Both the position numbers and the translations under genes were made by a program. DNA of 64,000 bases from Candidatus Zixiibacteriota bacterium (GTDB lineage Bacteria > Zixibacteria > MSB-5A5 > UBA10806 > 4484-95), in assembly GCA_037441845.1 (NCBI GenBank), contig JBBIRK010000003.1, positions 271,711 to 335,710 on the forward strand, read 5' to 3'. The notes below the pieces were generated by a model that ran no database searches, had not been told where the DNA came from, and saw nothing but the letters and a program-made list of their open reading frames with translations. Each line of letters opens with the position of its first letter. Position 1 is the first letter of the stretch. Below are positions 17,357 through 28,291 of the stretch, in pieces.

Positions 17357-19282
17357 ATGAAAATAACCTTTCCCGATAACAGCTCGCGCGAATATCCCAA
17401 AGGCGCGACGCCTTTGGAAATCGCCCGAAGCATCAGCCCCACGCTCGCCGCAAAAGCCCTGGCCGCTAAGGTAAACGACGTTCTCGTCGATTTGAATCGC
17501 CCGATCGAATCGGATGCCCGTCTGGTCATTTGCACTTTCGATGATCCCGATGGTCGTGAGGTGTTTTGGCATTCTTCTTCGCACGTCATGGCCTCGGCCG
17601 TTCTGCGCTTGTTTCCCGATGCCAAACTGGCTATCGGTCCGGCGATCAGCGATGACTTTTCTGCGAGATTCTATTATGATATAGATGTCGATAAAAAAAT
17701 CAGCGACTCCGATCTGGAATTGATCGAAGCCGAAATGGCCAAGATCGTCGCCGCAAATCTGCCGTTCGTGAGAGTGGAGAAATCGCGTTCCGAGGCGCTG
17801 GCTGAATTCGCCCGAGATAACGACGTTTACAAAGCAGAGATCGCCCGCGAAATCGACGATGAAAAGGTGAGTTTCTACCGCCACGACGATTTTATCGATA
17901 TGTGCCGCGGGCCTCATCTACCCTCAACCGGACCGATCAAAGCTTTCAAGCTTCTCGGCGTCGCCGGGGCTTACTGGCGCGGCGATGAAAAAAACAAGAT
18001 GCTGCAACGCATCTACGGAGTTTCATTCCCCGATCGCAAAATGTTGCAGGAACACCTCGATAAAATCGAGATGGCCAAACAAAGAGATCATCGACTGTTG
18101 GGTAAATCGCTCGACCTGTTCTCCATTACCGATGAAATCGGCCCCGGCCTCGTTCTATGGCATCCCCGCGGCGCGCTGATCAGACATCTTATCGAAAGTT
18201 TCTGGAAAGAACAGCATCTTAAAAACGGATACGATCTCGTTTACTCACCCCATATCGCCAGAATCGATTTGTGGAAACGTTCAGGGCATCTTGATTTTTA
18301 CAAAGCGAACATGTTTCAACCGATTGAAGTCGAAAGCCAGCAATATCAACTCAAACCGATGAACTGCCCGTTCCATATCGCCATTTTCAATTCGCGCAAG
18401 CGTTCCTACCGGGAGCTGCCGTATCGCTGGGCGGAGCTGGGGACGGTTTATCGATATGAGCGTTCAGGGGTGTTGCATGGCTTGCCACGGGTGAGGGGAT
18501 TCACCCAGGACGACGCCCACGTGTTCTGCCGTCCGGATCAGCTGGCTGACGAACTCGTGCGACTGCTGGATTTTAATCTATTTTTCCTTAAAACCTTCGG
18601 GTTCGAAGACTACGAGACATACCTTTCTACCAGGCCGGAAAATTATATCGGCACAGAGGAGGATTGGGGAAAAGCCACCGACGCTCTTAAAGCGGCGCTT
18701 GAAGCCAGAAAATTAAATTATGAGATCGATCCGGGCGAGGGTGTATTTTACGGGCCTAAAATCGATGTCAAGATAAAGGATATGCTGGGCCGTTCTTGGC
18801 AGTGCACTACCATACAGGTCGATTTCAATCTGCCCCGACAGTTCGACATTACTTATATCGGCGAAGACGGTTCCGAACATAGGGGGGTGATGGTGCATCG
18901 CGCACTGCTCGGCTCGATAGAAAGATTTTTCGGAGTCCTGATTGAACATTACGGCGGCGATTTCCCGCTATGGTTGGCGCCGGTTCAGGTTAAGGTGCTG
19001 CCGGTGGTCGATGAAGTCATTGATTATGCCGATGAAGTGGCAGCTCAACTTGCCCGCGCGGAAATCCGGGTTGAGGTCGATCGACGCAATCAAAAAATCG
19101 GCTATAAGATTCGCGAGGCCGAAAATCTGAAAATCCCTTATATGCTGATTATCGGCAAGAAAGAGGCGGCCGAAAAAAAGGTTTCCGTAAGACGCCATAA
19201 AAAAGGTGACCTGGGGATGGTTGAGCTAACCGCCTTTCAATCCGAAATAATCGATAAGGTTAAAAATAAATCATTGGATTAG
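17357..19282 (+). CDS. thrS: Threonine-tRNA ligase
   Basis: TGS domain, DMCRGPH, RDHRLLG, KPMNCPFH, FYGPKID, HRALLGSIERF. Confidence 0.98.
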   Translation: MKITFPDNSSREYPKGATPLEIARSISPTLAAKALAAKVNDVLVDLNRPIESDARLVICTFDDPDGREVFWHSSSHVMASAVLRLFPDAKLAIGPAISDDFSARFYYDIDVDKKISDSDLELIEAEMAKIVAANLPFVRVEKSRSEALAEFARDNDVYKAEIAREIDDEKVSFYRHDDFIDMCRGPHLPSTGPIKAFKLLGVAGAYWRGDEKNKMLQRIYGVSFPDRKMLQEHLDKIEMAKQRDHRLLGKSLDLFSITDEIGPGLVLWHPRGALIRHLIESFWKEQHLKNGYDLVYSPHIARIDLWKRSGHLDFYKANMFQPIEVESQQYQLKPMNCPFHIAIFNSRKRSYRELPYRWAELGTVYRYERSGVLHGLPRVRGFTQDDAHVFCRPDQLADELVRLLDFNLFFLKTFGFEDYETYLSTRPENYIGTEEDWGKATDALKAALEARKLNYEIDPGEGVFYGPKIDVKIKDMLGRSWQCTTIQVDFNLPRQFDITYIGEDGSEHRGVMVHRALLGSIERFFGVLIEHYGGDFPLWLAPVQVKVLPVVDEVIDYADEVAAQLARAEIRVEVDRRNQKIGYKIREAENLKIPYMLIIGKKEAAEKKVSVRRHKKGDLGMVELTAFQSEIIDKVKNKSLD

Positions 19283-19293
19283 GAGGAACTGGT

Positions 19294-19827
19294 ATAATCA
19301 AAGAACGCGAGAATCGGGTTAATTACAAAATCAGAGTGCCCGAAGTAAGGCTGATAGGGGACGATGGAACCCAGATCGGGATCGTCAGCACACAAAAGGC
19401 GTTGGAAATAGCCCAGAGCAAAGGGCTTGATCTCGTAGAAGTCGCTCCCGGAGTCAAACCTCCGGTCTGCAAAATAATGGATTTCGGGAAATTTTCCTAC
19501 GAGCAGTCCAAAAAAGCGAAAATCGCAAAGAAAAAACAACATACGATCCACTTGAAGGAGATGCGTTTCAGGCCCAAAACCGAAGAACATGATTATCGGT
19601 TCAAGCTGAAACATATCATCGAATTCCTCAACCAGGGGAATAAGGTCAAGGTGATCGTCGTTTACCGAGGCAGGGAACTCGTGCATAAGGAACTGGGACT
19701 TAAAATCCTCGATCGAATCGTGGCCGATCTTGCAGACCACGGGGAGCCGGAATCGGAAGCCAAGATGGAAGGCAGAAATCTATCCATTATTTTTCTCGCC
19801 AAAAAGACGGCCAAGAAGCCGGATTAA
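19294..19827 (+). CDS. infC: Translation initiation factor IF-3 (non-canonical ATA start)
   Basis: The frame extends upstream of GTG 19336 through conserved RVNYKIR-x-PEVRLI. AGGAGG at 19281-19286 is 7 nt before ATA 19294. Confidence 0.95.
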   Translation: MIKERENRVNYKIRVPEVRLIGDDGTQIGIVSTQKALEIAQSKGLDLVEVAPGVKPPVCKIMDFGKFSYEQSKKAKIAKKKQHTIHLKEMRFRPKTEEHDYRFKLKHIIEFLNQGNKVKVIVVYRGRELVHKELGLKILDRIVADLADHGEPESEAKMEGRNLSIIFLAKKTAKKPD

Positions 19828-19909
19828 CCGATGGCTTTAGCAGGCCGAGGATAAAATTTTGTTGATAATGGGATTACGGATAACTATATTGCACCGTGTG
19901 GAGTTATAA

Positions 19910-20104
19910 ATGCCTAAAATTAAGACAAATAGATCAGCTGCCAAGAGGTTCAAAAAAACCGGCACCGGCAAAATCAAGAGATCGTTCTCTTTCACCGGCC
20001 ATATTCTGACCAAGAAAAGCAGGAAACGTAAACGGAAACTAGGAAAATCGACGATTGTGGATTCCGCCGACGTTAAGCGCGTCAAGCGTTTGATTCCATA
20101 TTGA
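19910..20104 (+). CDS. rpmI: 50S ribosomal protein L35
   Basis: [21 protein letters not shown]. Confidence 0.98.
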   Translation: MPKIKTNRSAAKRFKKTGTGKIKRSFSFTGHILTKKSRKRKRKLGKSTIVDSADVKRVKRLIPY

Positions 20105-20126
20105 GTCTCGATTCAGGGAGCTTTCT

Positions 20127-20477
20127 ATGCCACGTGCAACCAATAACGTAGCCGCCAAACGCCGCCATAAAAAATTCTTGAAAGCGGCCAAAGGAAATTA
20201 CGGCGGCAGACATAGACTATATCGCACCGCTCGAGAAACCGTCATGAGGGGATTGTATTATTCCTATCGTGACCGTCGCAATAAAAAACGGGAATTCAGA
20301 AGGCTGTGGATATTGAGAATAAACGCCGCCGTAAGGCTATACGGCCTGTCGTATTCCCGGTTCATCGATGGATTGAAGAAGCTCGGCGTAAATTTGGATC
20401 GTAAGGTTCTTGCCGATCTGGCGGTGCGGGATAACGACGGTTTCAAAAGGATCGTCGAGGCCGTCAAATCGGTTTAG
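20127..20477 (+). CDS. rplT: 50S ribosomal protein L20
   Basis: [22 protein letters not shown]...YSRFI...[10 protein letters not shown]. Confidence 0.98.
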   Translation: MPRATNNVAAKRRHKKFLKAAKGNYGGRHRLYRTARETVMRGLYYSYRDRRNKKREFRRLWILRINAAVRLYGLSYSRFIDGLKKLGVNLDRKVLADLAVRDNDGFKRIVEAVKSV

Positions 20478-20541
20478 GCGAGGGTTAATAATCCCATATC
20501 CGACTTTCCCCGGGCTTTCTTTCGAAAGCTCATTGTGATAT

Positions 20542-21558
20542 ATGAGTGACATTATCGAAGAGATCGAGGCGCTCAAGAAATCCGCACTTAAAGCGCTGGA
20601 TAATATCAATGATAAAAAGACCCTTGAAGATGTCAAAGTCGAACTTCTGGGGCGAAAAAGCCGCCTAAGCGAACTCTCCCGATCTCTCGGAAAGGTCCCG
20701 GCGGATATCCGGCCCAAAGCCGGCGCCGAATTGAACGAACTCCGCAGGACTATCCAAGAAAAAATCGATTCAATAGCCAAGGTAGTATCATCGTCGAATA
20801 AAGCCGAAGATAAGATCGATTATACCTTACCGGTCAGAGCGGCTTTTCTGGGACACAAACATCCGCTGTTACAAACAGTCGATGAAATAGTGGCCATTTT
20901 CAAAGGCATGGGTTTCGACATCGCCGGAGGACCGGAAGTCGAAACCGAATATTATAATTTCGACGCTCTGAATACGCCTGCCGATCACCCCTCGCGTGAT
21001 CTTTCGGATACTTTTTTTCTTTCGAACGGCATGCTGCTGAGAACGCATACATCTCCGGTGCAGATCAGAACTATGGAGAAGAATCGGCCGCCGGTGCGCA
21101 TAATCGCCCCCGGTCGCTGTTATCGTTCCGATTGGCCCGACGCCTCGCATTCGCCCGTGTTTTACCAGTGTGAGGGGCTGTATGTCGATATCGGCGTGAG
21201 CATGGCCGACTTGAAAGGCGTAATCACCGCTTTTGCCCGGGCTTTGTTCGGCAGCGAAATGCAGGTGCGTTTTCGGCCGCACTTCTTTCCTTTCACCGAG
21301 CCGTCGGTGGAATACGATTTCTTATGCGTTTTTTGCCGAGGTAAGGGGTGCAAAATCTGCAAACATGCCGGCTGGCTTGAAATTTCGGGCGCCGGCATGG
21401 TCGATCCGGAAGTGTTCAAGGCGGTCGGCTACGACAGTGAAATCTATTCCGGATATGCTTTCGGCATGGGGATAGACAGAATTACCATGCTGCGTTACCA
21501 AATCGATGATATCCGATTGCTCTACGAAAACGACGTCAGATTCATAAGGCAATTCTAA
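20542..21558 (+). CDS. pheS: Phenylalanine-tRNA ligase alpha subunit
   Basis: HPSRD..DTFF, LLRTHTSPVQ, FPFTEPS, CxxCxGxGCxxC insert, FGMGIDR. Confidence 0.98.
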   Translation: MSDIIEEIEALKKSALKALDNINDKKTLEDVKVELLGRKSRLSELSRSLGKVPADIRPKAGAELNELRRTIQEKIDSIAKVVSSSNKAEDKIDYTLPVRAAFLGHKHPLLQTVDEIVAIFKGMGFDIAGGPEVETEYYNFDALNTPADHPSRDLSDTFFLSNGMLLRTHTSPVQIRTMEKNRPPVRIIAPGRCYRSDWPDASHSPVFYQCEGLYVDIGVSMADLKGVITAFARALFGSEMQVRFRPHFFPFTEPSVEYDFLCVFCRGKGCKICKHAGWLEISGAGMVDPEVFKAVGYDSEIYSGYAFGMGIDRITMLRYQIDDIRLLYENDVRFIRQF

Positions 21559-23954
21559 TGAGAATCAGTTATAAGTGGCTGCAAAGCCTAATCGGATTCG
21601 ATCCCCAAGACCCCGAATTTTCCCCGGAGGCGATTGCCGATCTATTGACGATGTCAGGCTCTTCTGTCGAATCGATCGAATCCAAAGGCAATGATATAAA
21701 GGGAATAATCTTGGCGCGGATACTCGACGCACAGCCGATCGGTAACACCGATAATCTCTTCAAATGCTCTATCGATACCGGGAGTCGCCGAGCTCAGGTC
21801 GTCTGCGGAGCGCCCAACGCTAAAACCGATTTGACGGTCTTATATGCCCCTGCGGGTGCAGTTATCGCCGATGGAACGAAAATTTCGCAAACCTCGATAC
21901 GCGGCGTCCAATCGGAGGGAATGCTTTTGGCCGAAGACGAACTCGGAATATCCGATAAGCACGATAGGATAATCGAATTGGCCGATGATATCCAACCCGG
22001 AACACCTCTCGAAAAGATTCTCGATTTATGCGATACGATTTACGATCTGGAAATCACGCCCAATCGTCCCGATTGTCTTTCACATATCGGAGTGGCCCGC
22101 GAATTGAAGGCGCTTACCGGTTTTGCGCTGAAATACAATCCTGCTTGCCCTTTTGAAATAAAACAAACGACCTCGAGCATGATCGAAATCCAGATCGCCG
22201 ACCCCGATGGTTGTCCCAGATACACGGCGCGTATCGTTTCCGGAATTCGCGTGTCCGAGTCACCGCTATGGCTTAAACTCAGATTGCATTACCTCGGCAT
22301 CAGACCGATAAACAACATGGTGGATATCACCAATTACGTCATGCTCGAAACCGGCCAACCGTTGCATGCTTTCGATTTGGACCGCTTGGCCGAGCGGAGG
22401 GTGGTGGTTCGGAGGGCCGAAAATAGCGAGAAATTCGTCACCCTCGACGGGGTCGAACGGCAGCTTCGCGCTGATCATCTTCTTATCACCGACGGCAAAA
22501 GGGCGATTGCTCTGGCCGGGATTATGGGCGGAGCCAATACGGAAGTGACCGATGAAACGAAAACCGTCTTGATAGAATCGGCTTATTTCGATCCGGTAAC
22601 TATCCGCCGGGGAGCGAAACTGATCGGGCTTTCGACCGAATCATCGCAGCGTTTCGAGCGCGGCATGGATATCGAAATGGCTCCGAGGGCGAATGACCGG
22701 GCGGCGGCGCTTGCGCAAGAGATATGCGGCGGAAATGTATTGGACGGAATCGTGGACATTTACCCCAAACGGTTCAAACCAGCCGTGTTCGAATTTCGTC
22801 CGGAAAGAGCCATTGCCATGATCGGAGCCCGAATCGAAGTCGGCAAGATGAAAAAAATACTCGACGGCCTCGATATTGGATATTCCGACGGCGCCCGCAT
22901 TGAAATAAGACAGCCGTCGTTCCGCCCTGATTTAACTCGAGAAATCGATATTATCGAGGAGATTGCCCGCATTCACGGTTTGAATAAAATCCCCGAATCG
23001 TTTCGTGCGGGTGGCAGCCTGTTGAAAATTCCGCAAGCGAAGCGGGAAAGAGTGGATTCGCTCAGATCGTTTCTTGTCGGTCGTGGATTTATCGAGACTT
23101 TTCAACTCACGCTAATCGATGGCAATCAGGTTCAGAAAATTTTCCCCGAGCTTGCCGTGGCCAGGCTTAAAAATCCTTTATCCGAAGAACTATCGGCGTT
23201 GCGCCCCGACCTATTGTGTTCCATGGTCAGGACGATCCGCCATAACCTCAATTACGGCAATCGTGATCTGCGTTTATTCGAAATCGGCAATGTCTTTCTT
23301 CCTCTCGAGAATGGGGAAATCTCCGAATCCGACAGATTATGTCTCGGCTTCAGCGGCCTTGCCAGTCCGATGAGCTGGCGCCAAAAATCCGTTCAATGCG
23401 ATTTTTTCACCGCCGCAGGCGAACTGGAGCTTATCGCCGGCCATCTTGATTTGGCTAAAACCACTTTCCGGCCTGACCCCTGCGCCTATTTTGATAATGA
23501 ATATTCTTTCAAAATTTATTATAATGACGTGGATGTCGGTCGCGTGGGCAAGTTGGCCGCTGTCGTGGCTCGACATTTCGGAATCAAACAGGAATGCTTC
23601 ATGGCCGAAATCGAACTTGAGCGGTTGCTGGGTTTGACGGCGGCCGTAAAGTGCCATAAGGGGTTGCCCAAATATCCAGGAACGGATCGGGATATCGCTG
23701 TCGTGGTTGATTCCGACGTACGATGTTCCGAAATAATGGCGGTAATGGGCAAATCCGGCGGCGACTTGGTCGAGGAAATTTTTCCATTTGACCTTTACAA
23801 GAAGGAAAATATCGGCCAAAATAAGAAAAGCATGGCTTTTCGACTTAAATTCCGCAGTCTCGAGCGGACCTTGACCGATGCCGAGGTCGATGAGATAATG
23901 AAACGGATATTAGAAGCTCTCCGTCAAGAGGCCGGAGCCGAATTGAGGACCTGA
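21558..23954 (+). CDS. pheT: Phenylalanine-tRNA ligase beta subunit
   Basis: VVCGAPN, ITPNRPDCLS, GQPLHAFD, RFERG, FDX-ACB C-terminus. Confidence 0.97.
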   Translation: MRISYKWLQSLIGFDPQDPEFSPEAIADLLTMSGSSVESIESKGNDIKGIILARILDAQPIGNTDNLFKCSIDTGSRRAQVVCGAPNAKTDLTVLYAPAGAVIADGTKISQTSIRGVQSEGMLLAEDELGISDKHDRIIELADDIQPGTPLEKILDLCDTIYDLEITPNRPDCLSHIGVARELKALTGFALKYNPACPFEIKQTTSSMIEIQIADPDGCPRYTARIVSGIRVSESPLWLKLRLHYLGIRPINNMVDITNYVMLETGQPLHAFDLDRLAERRVVVRRAENSEKFVTLDGVERQLRADHLLITDGKRAIALAGIMGGANTEVTDETKTVLIESAYFDPVTIRRGAKLIGLSTESSQRFERGMDIEMAPRANDRAAALAQEICGGNVLDGIVDIYPKRFKPAVFEFRPERAIAMIGARIEVGKMKKILDGLDIGYSDGARIEIRQPSFRPDLTREIDIIEEIARIHGLNKIPESFRAGGSLLKIPQAKRERVDSLRSFLVGRGFIETFQLTLIDGNQVQKIFPELAVARLKNPLSEELSALRPDLLCSMVRTIRHNLNYGNRDLRLFEIGNVFLPLENGEISESDRLCLGFSGLASPMSWRQKSVQCDFFTAAGELELIAGHLDLAKTTFRPDPCAYFDNEYSFKIYYNDVDVGRVGKLAAVVARHFGIKQECFMAEIELERLLGLTAAVKCHKGLPKYPGTDRDIAVVVDSDVRCSEIMAVMGKSGGDLVEEIFPFDLYKKENIGQNKKSMAFRLKFRSLERTLTDAEVDEIMKRILEALRQEAGAELRT

Positions 23955-23961
23955 ACCGGTT

Positions 23962-24285
23962 ATGGAAAAACAGGAGTTTATTGATCAACCGACTGATCTC
24001 AAAGGCGATGCTCTCGAATCATTGGAAGCGATGGTTCGGGTAGCCACTGCCAAGATAAGCGAGCTGAAGGAGTTAAATAAGAAGCTCAAAGAAGAGGCAA
24101 ACGAATATAAGCGGCTGCTTGCCTTGAGCGAAAAGAAAGCCGAACGGTTGAATCAGGAGCTTGAAAGCCGTTTCAATAAGGGTTACGAAGATTGGCGCGA
24201 CAAAGAGCGTCAAATCAAAGACAGGATAATGATGCTTGCTGCCAAAGTGGCGGCTTTCGAAAAAGCTTATTCAAAAGGTGGTTAA
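23962..24285 (+). CDS. Coiled-coil protein, ZapB-like position
   Basis: 107-aa heptad-rich ORF between pheT and zapA. Confidence 0.6.
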   Translation: MEKQEFIDQPTDLKGDALESLEAMVRVATAKISELKELNKKLKEEANEYKRLLALSEKKAERLNQELESRFNKGYEDWRDKERQIKDRIMMLAAKVAAFEKAYSKGG

Positions 24286-24324
24286 CTTTTAATATAGATC
24301 ACTCTGGGAGGATTTGAAAATCCC

Positions 24325-24603
24325 ATGGACAGAAGCAGTGTCAGGGTGAAAATTTTTGGCACTGAGTATTGGTTTAGAGCCGATTCCGGCCATGACAATA
24401 TAGTAGAGGCGGCTGGCCTCGTGGATGGCCATATGCAGGAAATAGCCAGAAAATGTCCGGATTTGCCCGAATTGCGGGCGGCGGTGCTGGCGGCGGTTAA
24501 TCTCGCCTCGGAATTGCTGAATTATCGCCGCCAATACCCGGAAAATCTGGAGCAAAAGGCAAAGGAATTGGCAGCTATTCTGGATTCTGCCCTCCGGGAT
24601 TGA
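24325..24603 (+). CDS. zapA: Cell division protein ZapA
   Basis: [10 protein letters not shown]...VDGHMQEI...[12 protein letters not shown]. Confidence 0.9.
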   Translation: MDRSSVRVKIFGTEYWFRADSGHDNIVEAAGLVDGHMQEIARKCPDLPELRAAVLAAVNLASELLNYRRQYPENLEQKAKELAAILDSALRD

Positions 24604-24631
24604 GTTCCTCCTGACGCCTGAAGGAGGCGCC

Positions 24632-26197
24632 ATGTCATCAATTTACATCATTGTTTTTATAAGCGTGGCTCTGATTATCGCCGCCTTCTTTATCGGCTTG
24701 GCTATTTCCCGCCGAATAGCCGAGAAGAAAGTGGCGATGGCTGAAGAGCATGCGGCCAAGATCATCGCTGAAGCCCACAAGGAAGCCGAAGTCAAGAAAA
24801 AGGAAGCCCTGCTCGAGGCCAAAGATCAATGGTTGAAAGAAAAAGCCAAGTTCGAAAAGGAAACCAGCGAAAAGCGAAACGAAATCCTCAAACTCGAAAC
24901 CAGATTACGGGATCGTGAACTGTCGTTGAACCGCCGCGTCGATCTGGTCAACAACAAAGAAAAAGAGCTCGCCAATCGCGATAAGTTGCTCACTGCCAGA
25001 GAAAGAGCGATACTGCATAAGGAAAAACAGCTCGAAGGTTTGATCAACGAACAAAATGTTCAGCTCGAAAAAATCTCGGGCATGACGTCGGCCGAGGCCA
25101 AAAAGTTGTTGCTCGAAAATCTCGAATCCGAAGCCCGCAGGGAAGCAGCTCAACTTATCAAAGAAATCAAAGAGCAGGCCGAACGCGACGCGGATAAGGA
25201 AGCCAAAAACATCATAATTCAGGCTATACAGCGCTGCGCCGCCGACTATTCGGTCGAGGCCTGCGTTTCTGTCGTCCAGTTGCCCTCGGACGAAATGAAA
25301 GGACGCATAATCGGCCGCGAGGGGCGTAACATTCGCTCTTTCGAAACCGCGACCGGAATCGATGTCATCGTCGATGACACCCCCGAAGCGGTGATTTTAT
25401 CGGGATATGATCCGGTGCGCCGGGAAATCGCCCGCCTGGCTCTCGAAAAATTGATAATGGACGGACGAATTCATCCGTCGCGGATCGAGGAAATCGTTGC
25501 TAAAGCCGAAAAGGAAATGGAAGTGATAATCCGCGAAATCGGCGAACAAGCATGCTTTGATGTCGGTATCCACGGCGTCCATCCGGAAATAATCAAGCTT
25601 ATCGGGAAATTGAATTATCGCACGAGTTACGGCCAAAACGTGCTCCAACATTCCAAAGAGGTGGCTTTTATCTGCGGAATCATGGCCGTGGAACTCGGAC
25701 TTGACCCCAATCTCGCCAAAAGAGCCGGGCTGTTGCATGACCTGGGCAAAGCGATAGATCGCGAAACCGAAGGAACGCATACCCAGTTGGGGGTCGCCTT
25801 CGCCTCCCGATTCAATGAGCATCCGGCGGTGCTTAACGCCATGGCCAGCCATCATGAGGATGTTCCCATGGAGACCCCTTACGCCGTATTGGTGCAGGCC
25901 GCCGACGCCATTTCCGGCGCCAGACCGGGAGCCCGCAGGGAATCGCTCGAGGGCTATATTAAACGCCTGGAAAAACTCGAAGAACTCGCCGATTCGTTCT
26001 CCGGTGTCGGTAAGGCATACGCAATTCAGGCCGGACGCGAAATCCGAGTGATCGTCGAATCGGATAAAATAGACGATGTCGGTTCCGCGCAACTCGCTGC
26101 GGATATAGCTCGCAAAATCGAGCAGGAGCTGGAATATCCGGGTCAAATAAAAGTGACCGTCATAAGAGAGACGAGAAATGTCGAATACGCTCGTTGA
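24632..26197 (+). CDS. rny: Ribonuclease Y
   Basis: N-terminal TM, coiled coil, KH ([13 protein letters not shown]), HD (YGQNVLQHS...LLHDLGK). Confidence 0.98.
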   Translation: MSSIYIIVFISVALIIAAFFIGLAISRRIAEKKVAMAEEHAAKIIAEAHKEAEVKKKEALLEAKDQWLKEKAKFEKETSEKRNEILKLETRLRDRELSLNRRVDLVNNKEKELANRDKLLTARERAILHKEKQLEGLINEQNVQLEKISGMTSAEAKKLLLENLESEARREAAQLIKEIKEQAERDADKEAKNIIIQAIQRCAADYSVEACVSVVQLPSDEMKGRIIGREGRNIRSFETATGIDVIVDDTPEAVILSGYDPVRREIARLALEKLIMDGRIHPSRIEEIVAKAEKEMEVIIREIGEQACFDVGIHGVHPEIIKLIGKLNYRTSYGQNVLQHSKEVAFICGIMAVELGLDPNLAKRAGLLHDLGKAIDRETEGTHTQLGVAFASRFNEHPAVLNAMASHHEDVPMETPYAVLVQAADAISGARPGARRESLEGYIKRLEKLEELADSFSGVGKAYAIQAGREIRVIVESDKIDDVGSAQLAADIARKIEQELEYPGQIKVTVIRETRNVEYAR

Positions 26198-26606
26198 TAT
26201 CGCCGAATTTTTCGAGGCCGATTCTTTTATCCTTTTCGGCGAATCGCCCAGGCGTAAGACATTCGCCGCCGCCATAAGAAAAGAGCTCGAAAAGAACGGC
26301 CGCAGGGTTTTTGCGGCCACACGATCCTTCGACGGCGAAATTGACACCGAGTCCGTTTCTTATGATACCTGCGATAGGGCGATAATAGCGATGGCCAGAA
26401 AAAACACCAAATCGATAGTCGATAAATTGAAAAATTCGGGAATCACCAGAGTATTTTTGCAGAACGGTTCATATGACGACGAAATCTTGGCCGCATTTCG
26501 AGACGCGGGTATTGCAGTCAGCAAAGGTTGCGTTTTGATGTATTTACCTGAATCCGGCGGCATCCATCGTTTCCATCGATGGCTTCATTCGCTTTTTGCC
26601 CGGTGA
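26178..26606 (+). CDS. CoA-binding-like (Rossmann) protein
   Basis: [19 protein letters not shown] (compare VWLQPG), GCVLMYL...HRFHRW. Confidence 0.7.
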   Translation: MSNTLVDIAEFFEADSFILFGESPRRKTFAAAIRKELEKNGRRVFAATRSFDGEIDTESVSYDTCDRAIIAMARKNTKSIVDKLKNSGITRVFLQNGSYDDEILAAFRDAGIAVSKGCVLMYLPESGGIHRFHRWLHSLFAR

Positions 26607-26607
26607 A

Positions 26608-27408
26608 ATGCGCGTACTATTTATAGGCGATATCGTGGGTGATCCGGGAATCGAGGCCGTCACGAAAGTCATGGTGGGATTTCAAACGACAGGAATCGCA
26701 TATGACTTCGCGATTGCGAACGTGGAAAATATCGCGGGTGGGTTCGGGGTAACGGAAAAGGCTTTGAGGAAAATCGAGCAGCTCGGAATCGACTGTTTCA
26801 CTTCGGGAAATCACATTTGGAACCGCCCCGAAGTCGGCGAAATCCTGATTCAAAACGACAATTTGCTCAGGCCCGCCAATTATCCTCCGGACAATCCGGG
26901 ATTCGGCTGGCAGTCATTCAAGGCGAAGTCGGGACAAGAGATCGTGGTTATCAATCTTCAGGGTAGAACATACATGCAAAATATCGATTGCCCGTTCCGC
27001 AGCGCCGATAATATCCTCGAGAAAATCGGGGGCCGCTGCAAAATCAAAATCGTCGATTTTCACGCCGACGCCTCGAGCGAAAAGCAGGCCATGGGATGGT
27101 ATCTTGACGGTCGGGTATCGGCCGTCATAGGAACTCATACGCATGTACAAACGGCGGATGAGCGGGTTTTGCCGCAGGGGACCGGATTCATAACCGATGC
27201 CGGAATGTGCGGGCCGCATGATTCAATTATCGGAATGAAAATCGAGGACGTGTTGGTGCGGTTTATTAAAGGTCGGCCGGAACGTCTTCACGTAGCCGAT
27301 CGCAATTTGAAATTCGCCGGCGTAATAATGGATATCGACGATAGCACCGGAGGATGCATCTCGATCGAGCGGCTGCTCGTCGATGCGCAGCCGCCTGCCA
27401 AGGGATAG
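26608..27408 (+). CDS. ymdB: YmdB/TIGR00282 family metallophosphoesterase
   Basis: FIGDIVG, ANVEN, TSGNH, RPANYP, VDFHA, GTHTHVQTAD, TDAGMCG. Confidence 0.93.
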   Translation: MRVLFIGDIVGDPGIEAVTKVMVGFQTTGIAYDFAIANVENIAGGFGVTEKALRKIEQLGIDCFTSGNHIWNRPEVGEILIQNDNLLRPANYPPDNPGFGWQSFKAKSGQEIVVINLQGRTYMQNIDCPFRSADNILEKIGGRCKIKIVDFHADASSEKQAMGWYLDGRVSAVIGTHTHVQTADERVLPQGTGFITDAGMCGPHDSIIGMKIEDVLVRFIKGRPERLHVADRNLKFAGVIMDIDDSTGGCISIERLLVDAQPPAKG

Positions 27409-27412
27409 GAAG

Positions 27413-28291
27413 TTGAGCGCGATAATTATCGATGGCAAAAGAATCGCCGACGAAATAAGGGGCGAACTTTCCGAAAAAATCCGTATCCTCAAAGAGAAAG
27501 GAATCGTTCCGGGATTGGCCGCGGTGCTGGTCGGAGATAACCCGGCCTCGAAATTATATGTAGATATGAAAAGCAAAGCCTGCCAAGAGCTGGGGATTTA
27601 TTCGGAGAAAATCGTCAAGCCGTCGGACTTTCCCGAATCGGCTCTGCTCGAATTGATCGATGAACTGAATCGGCGGAAAGATATTCACGGAATCTTGGTT
27701 CAATCGCCTTTACCCAAAGGAATCGACGAAGGCAAGGCGATTTTGAGAATAACGCCGGATAAAGATGTCGATGGTTTTCATCCTATAAATCAGGGATTGA
27801 TGCTTTCGGGCAATCCCCGTTTTCTGCCGGCGACGCCCGCAGGGATAGTCGAGTTGCTTTGGCGTTCCGGTATTAAAGTCAGCGGCAGGCATGTGGTAAT
27901 ACTCGGCCGGGGATATCTGGTAGGAAAGCCATTGGCGGTCTTACTTGCCAATAAATGGCCTAAGGGAAACGCCACCGTTACCCTTTGTCATACCCAAACA
28001 GTGAATATCGCCGATTATTGCCGCAGCGCGGATATTCTGGTGGCGGCGATGGGAGTCGCGAAATTCGTGACCGCGGATATGGTAAAACCAGGCGCGGTGG
28101 TTATAGATGTGGGCACCAATCGAATCAAAGATGATTCGCATCCGCGCGGCTATCGGGTGGTGGGGGACGTCGATTTCGAATCGGTTAAGACGGTAGCCTC
28201 GGCGATAACGCCCGTGCCCGGGGGCGTCGGGCCGATGACGATCGCAATGCTATTGACAAACACGTTGAAAGCCGCGGAATGGATTAGTTAG
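27413..28291 (+). CDS. folD: Bifunctional methylenetetrahydrofolate dehydrogenase/cyclohydrolase
   Basis: IIDGK, KDVDGFHP, PATPAG, TPVPGGVGPMTIAML; TTG start. Confidence 0.97.
   Translation: MSAIIIDGKRIADEIRGELSEKIRILKEKGIVPGLAAVLVGDNPASKLYVDMKSKACQELGIYSEKIVKPSDFPESALLELIDELNRRKDIHGILVQSPLPKGIDEGKAILRITPDKDVDGFHPINQGLMLSGNPRFLPATPAGIVELLWRSGIKVSGRHVVILGRGYLVGKPLAVLLANKWPKGNATVTLCHTQTVNIADYCRSADILVAAMGVAKFVTADMVKPGAVVIDVGTNRIKDDSHPRGYRVVGDVDFESVKTVASAITPVPGGVGPMTIAMLLTNTLKAAEWIS

Noticed and set aside
20478..20541. pheM attenuator or T-box before pheS
   Set aside because: The gap is 64 nt with one small hairpin; there is no Phe-rich leader or T-box motif.
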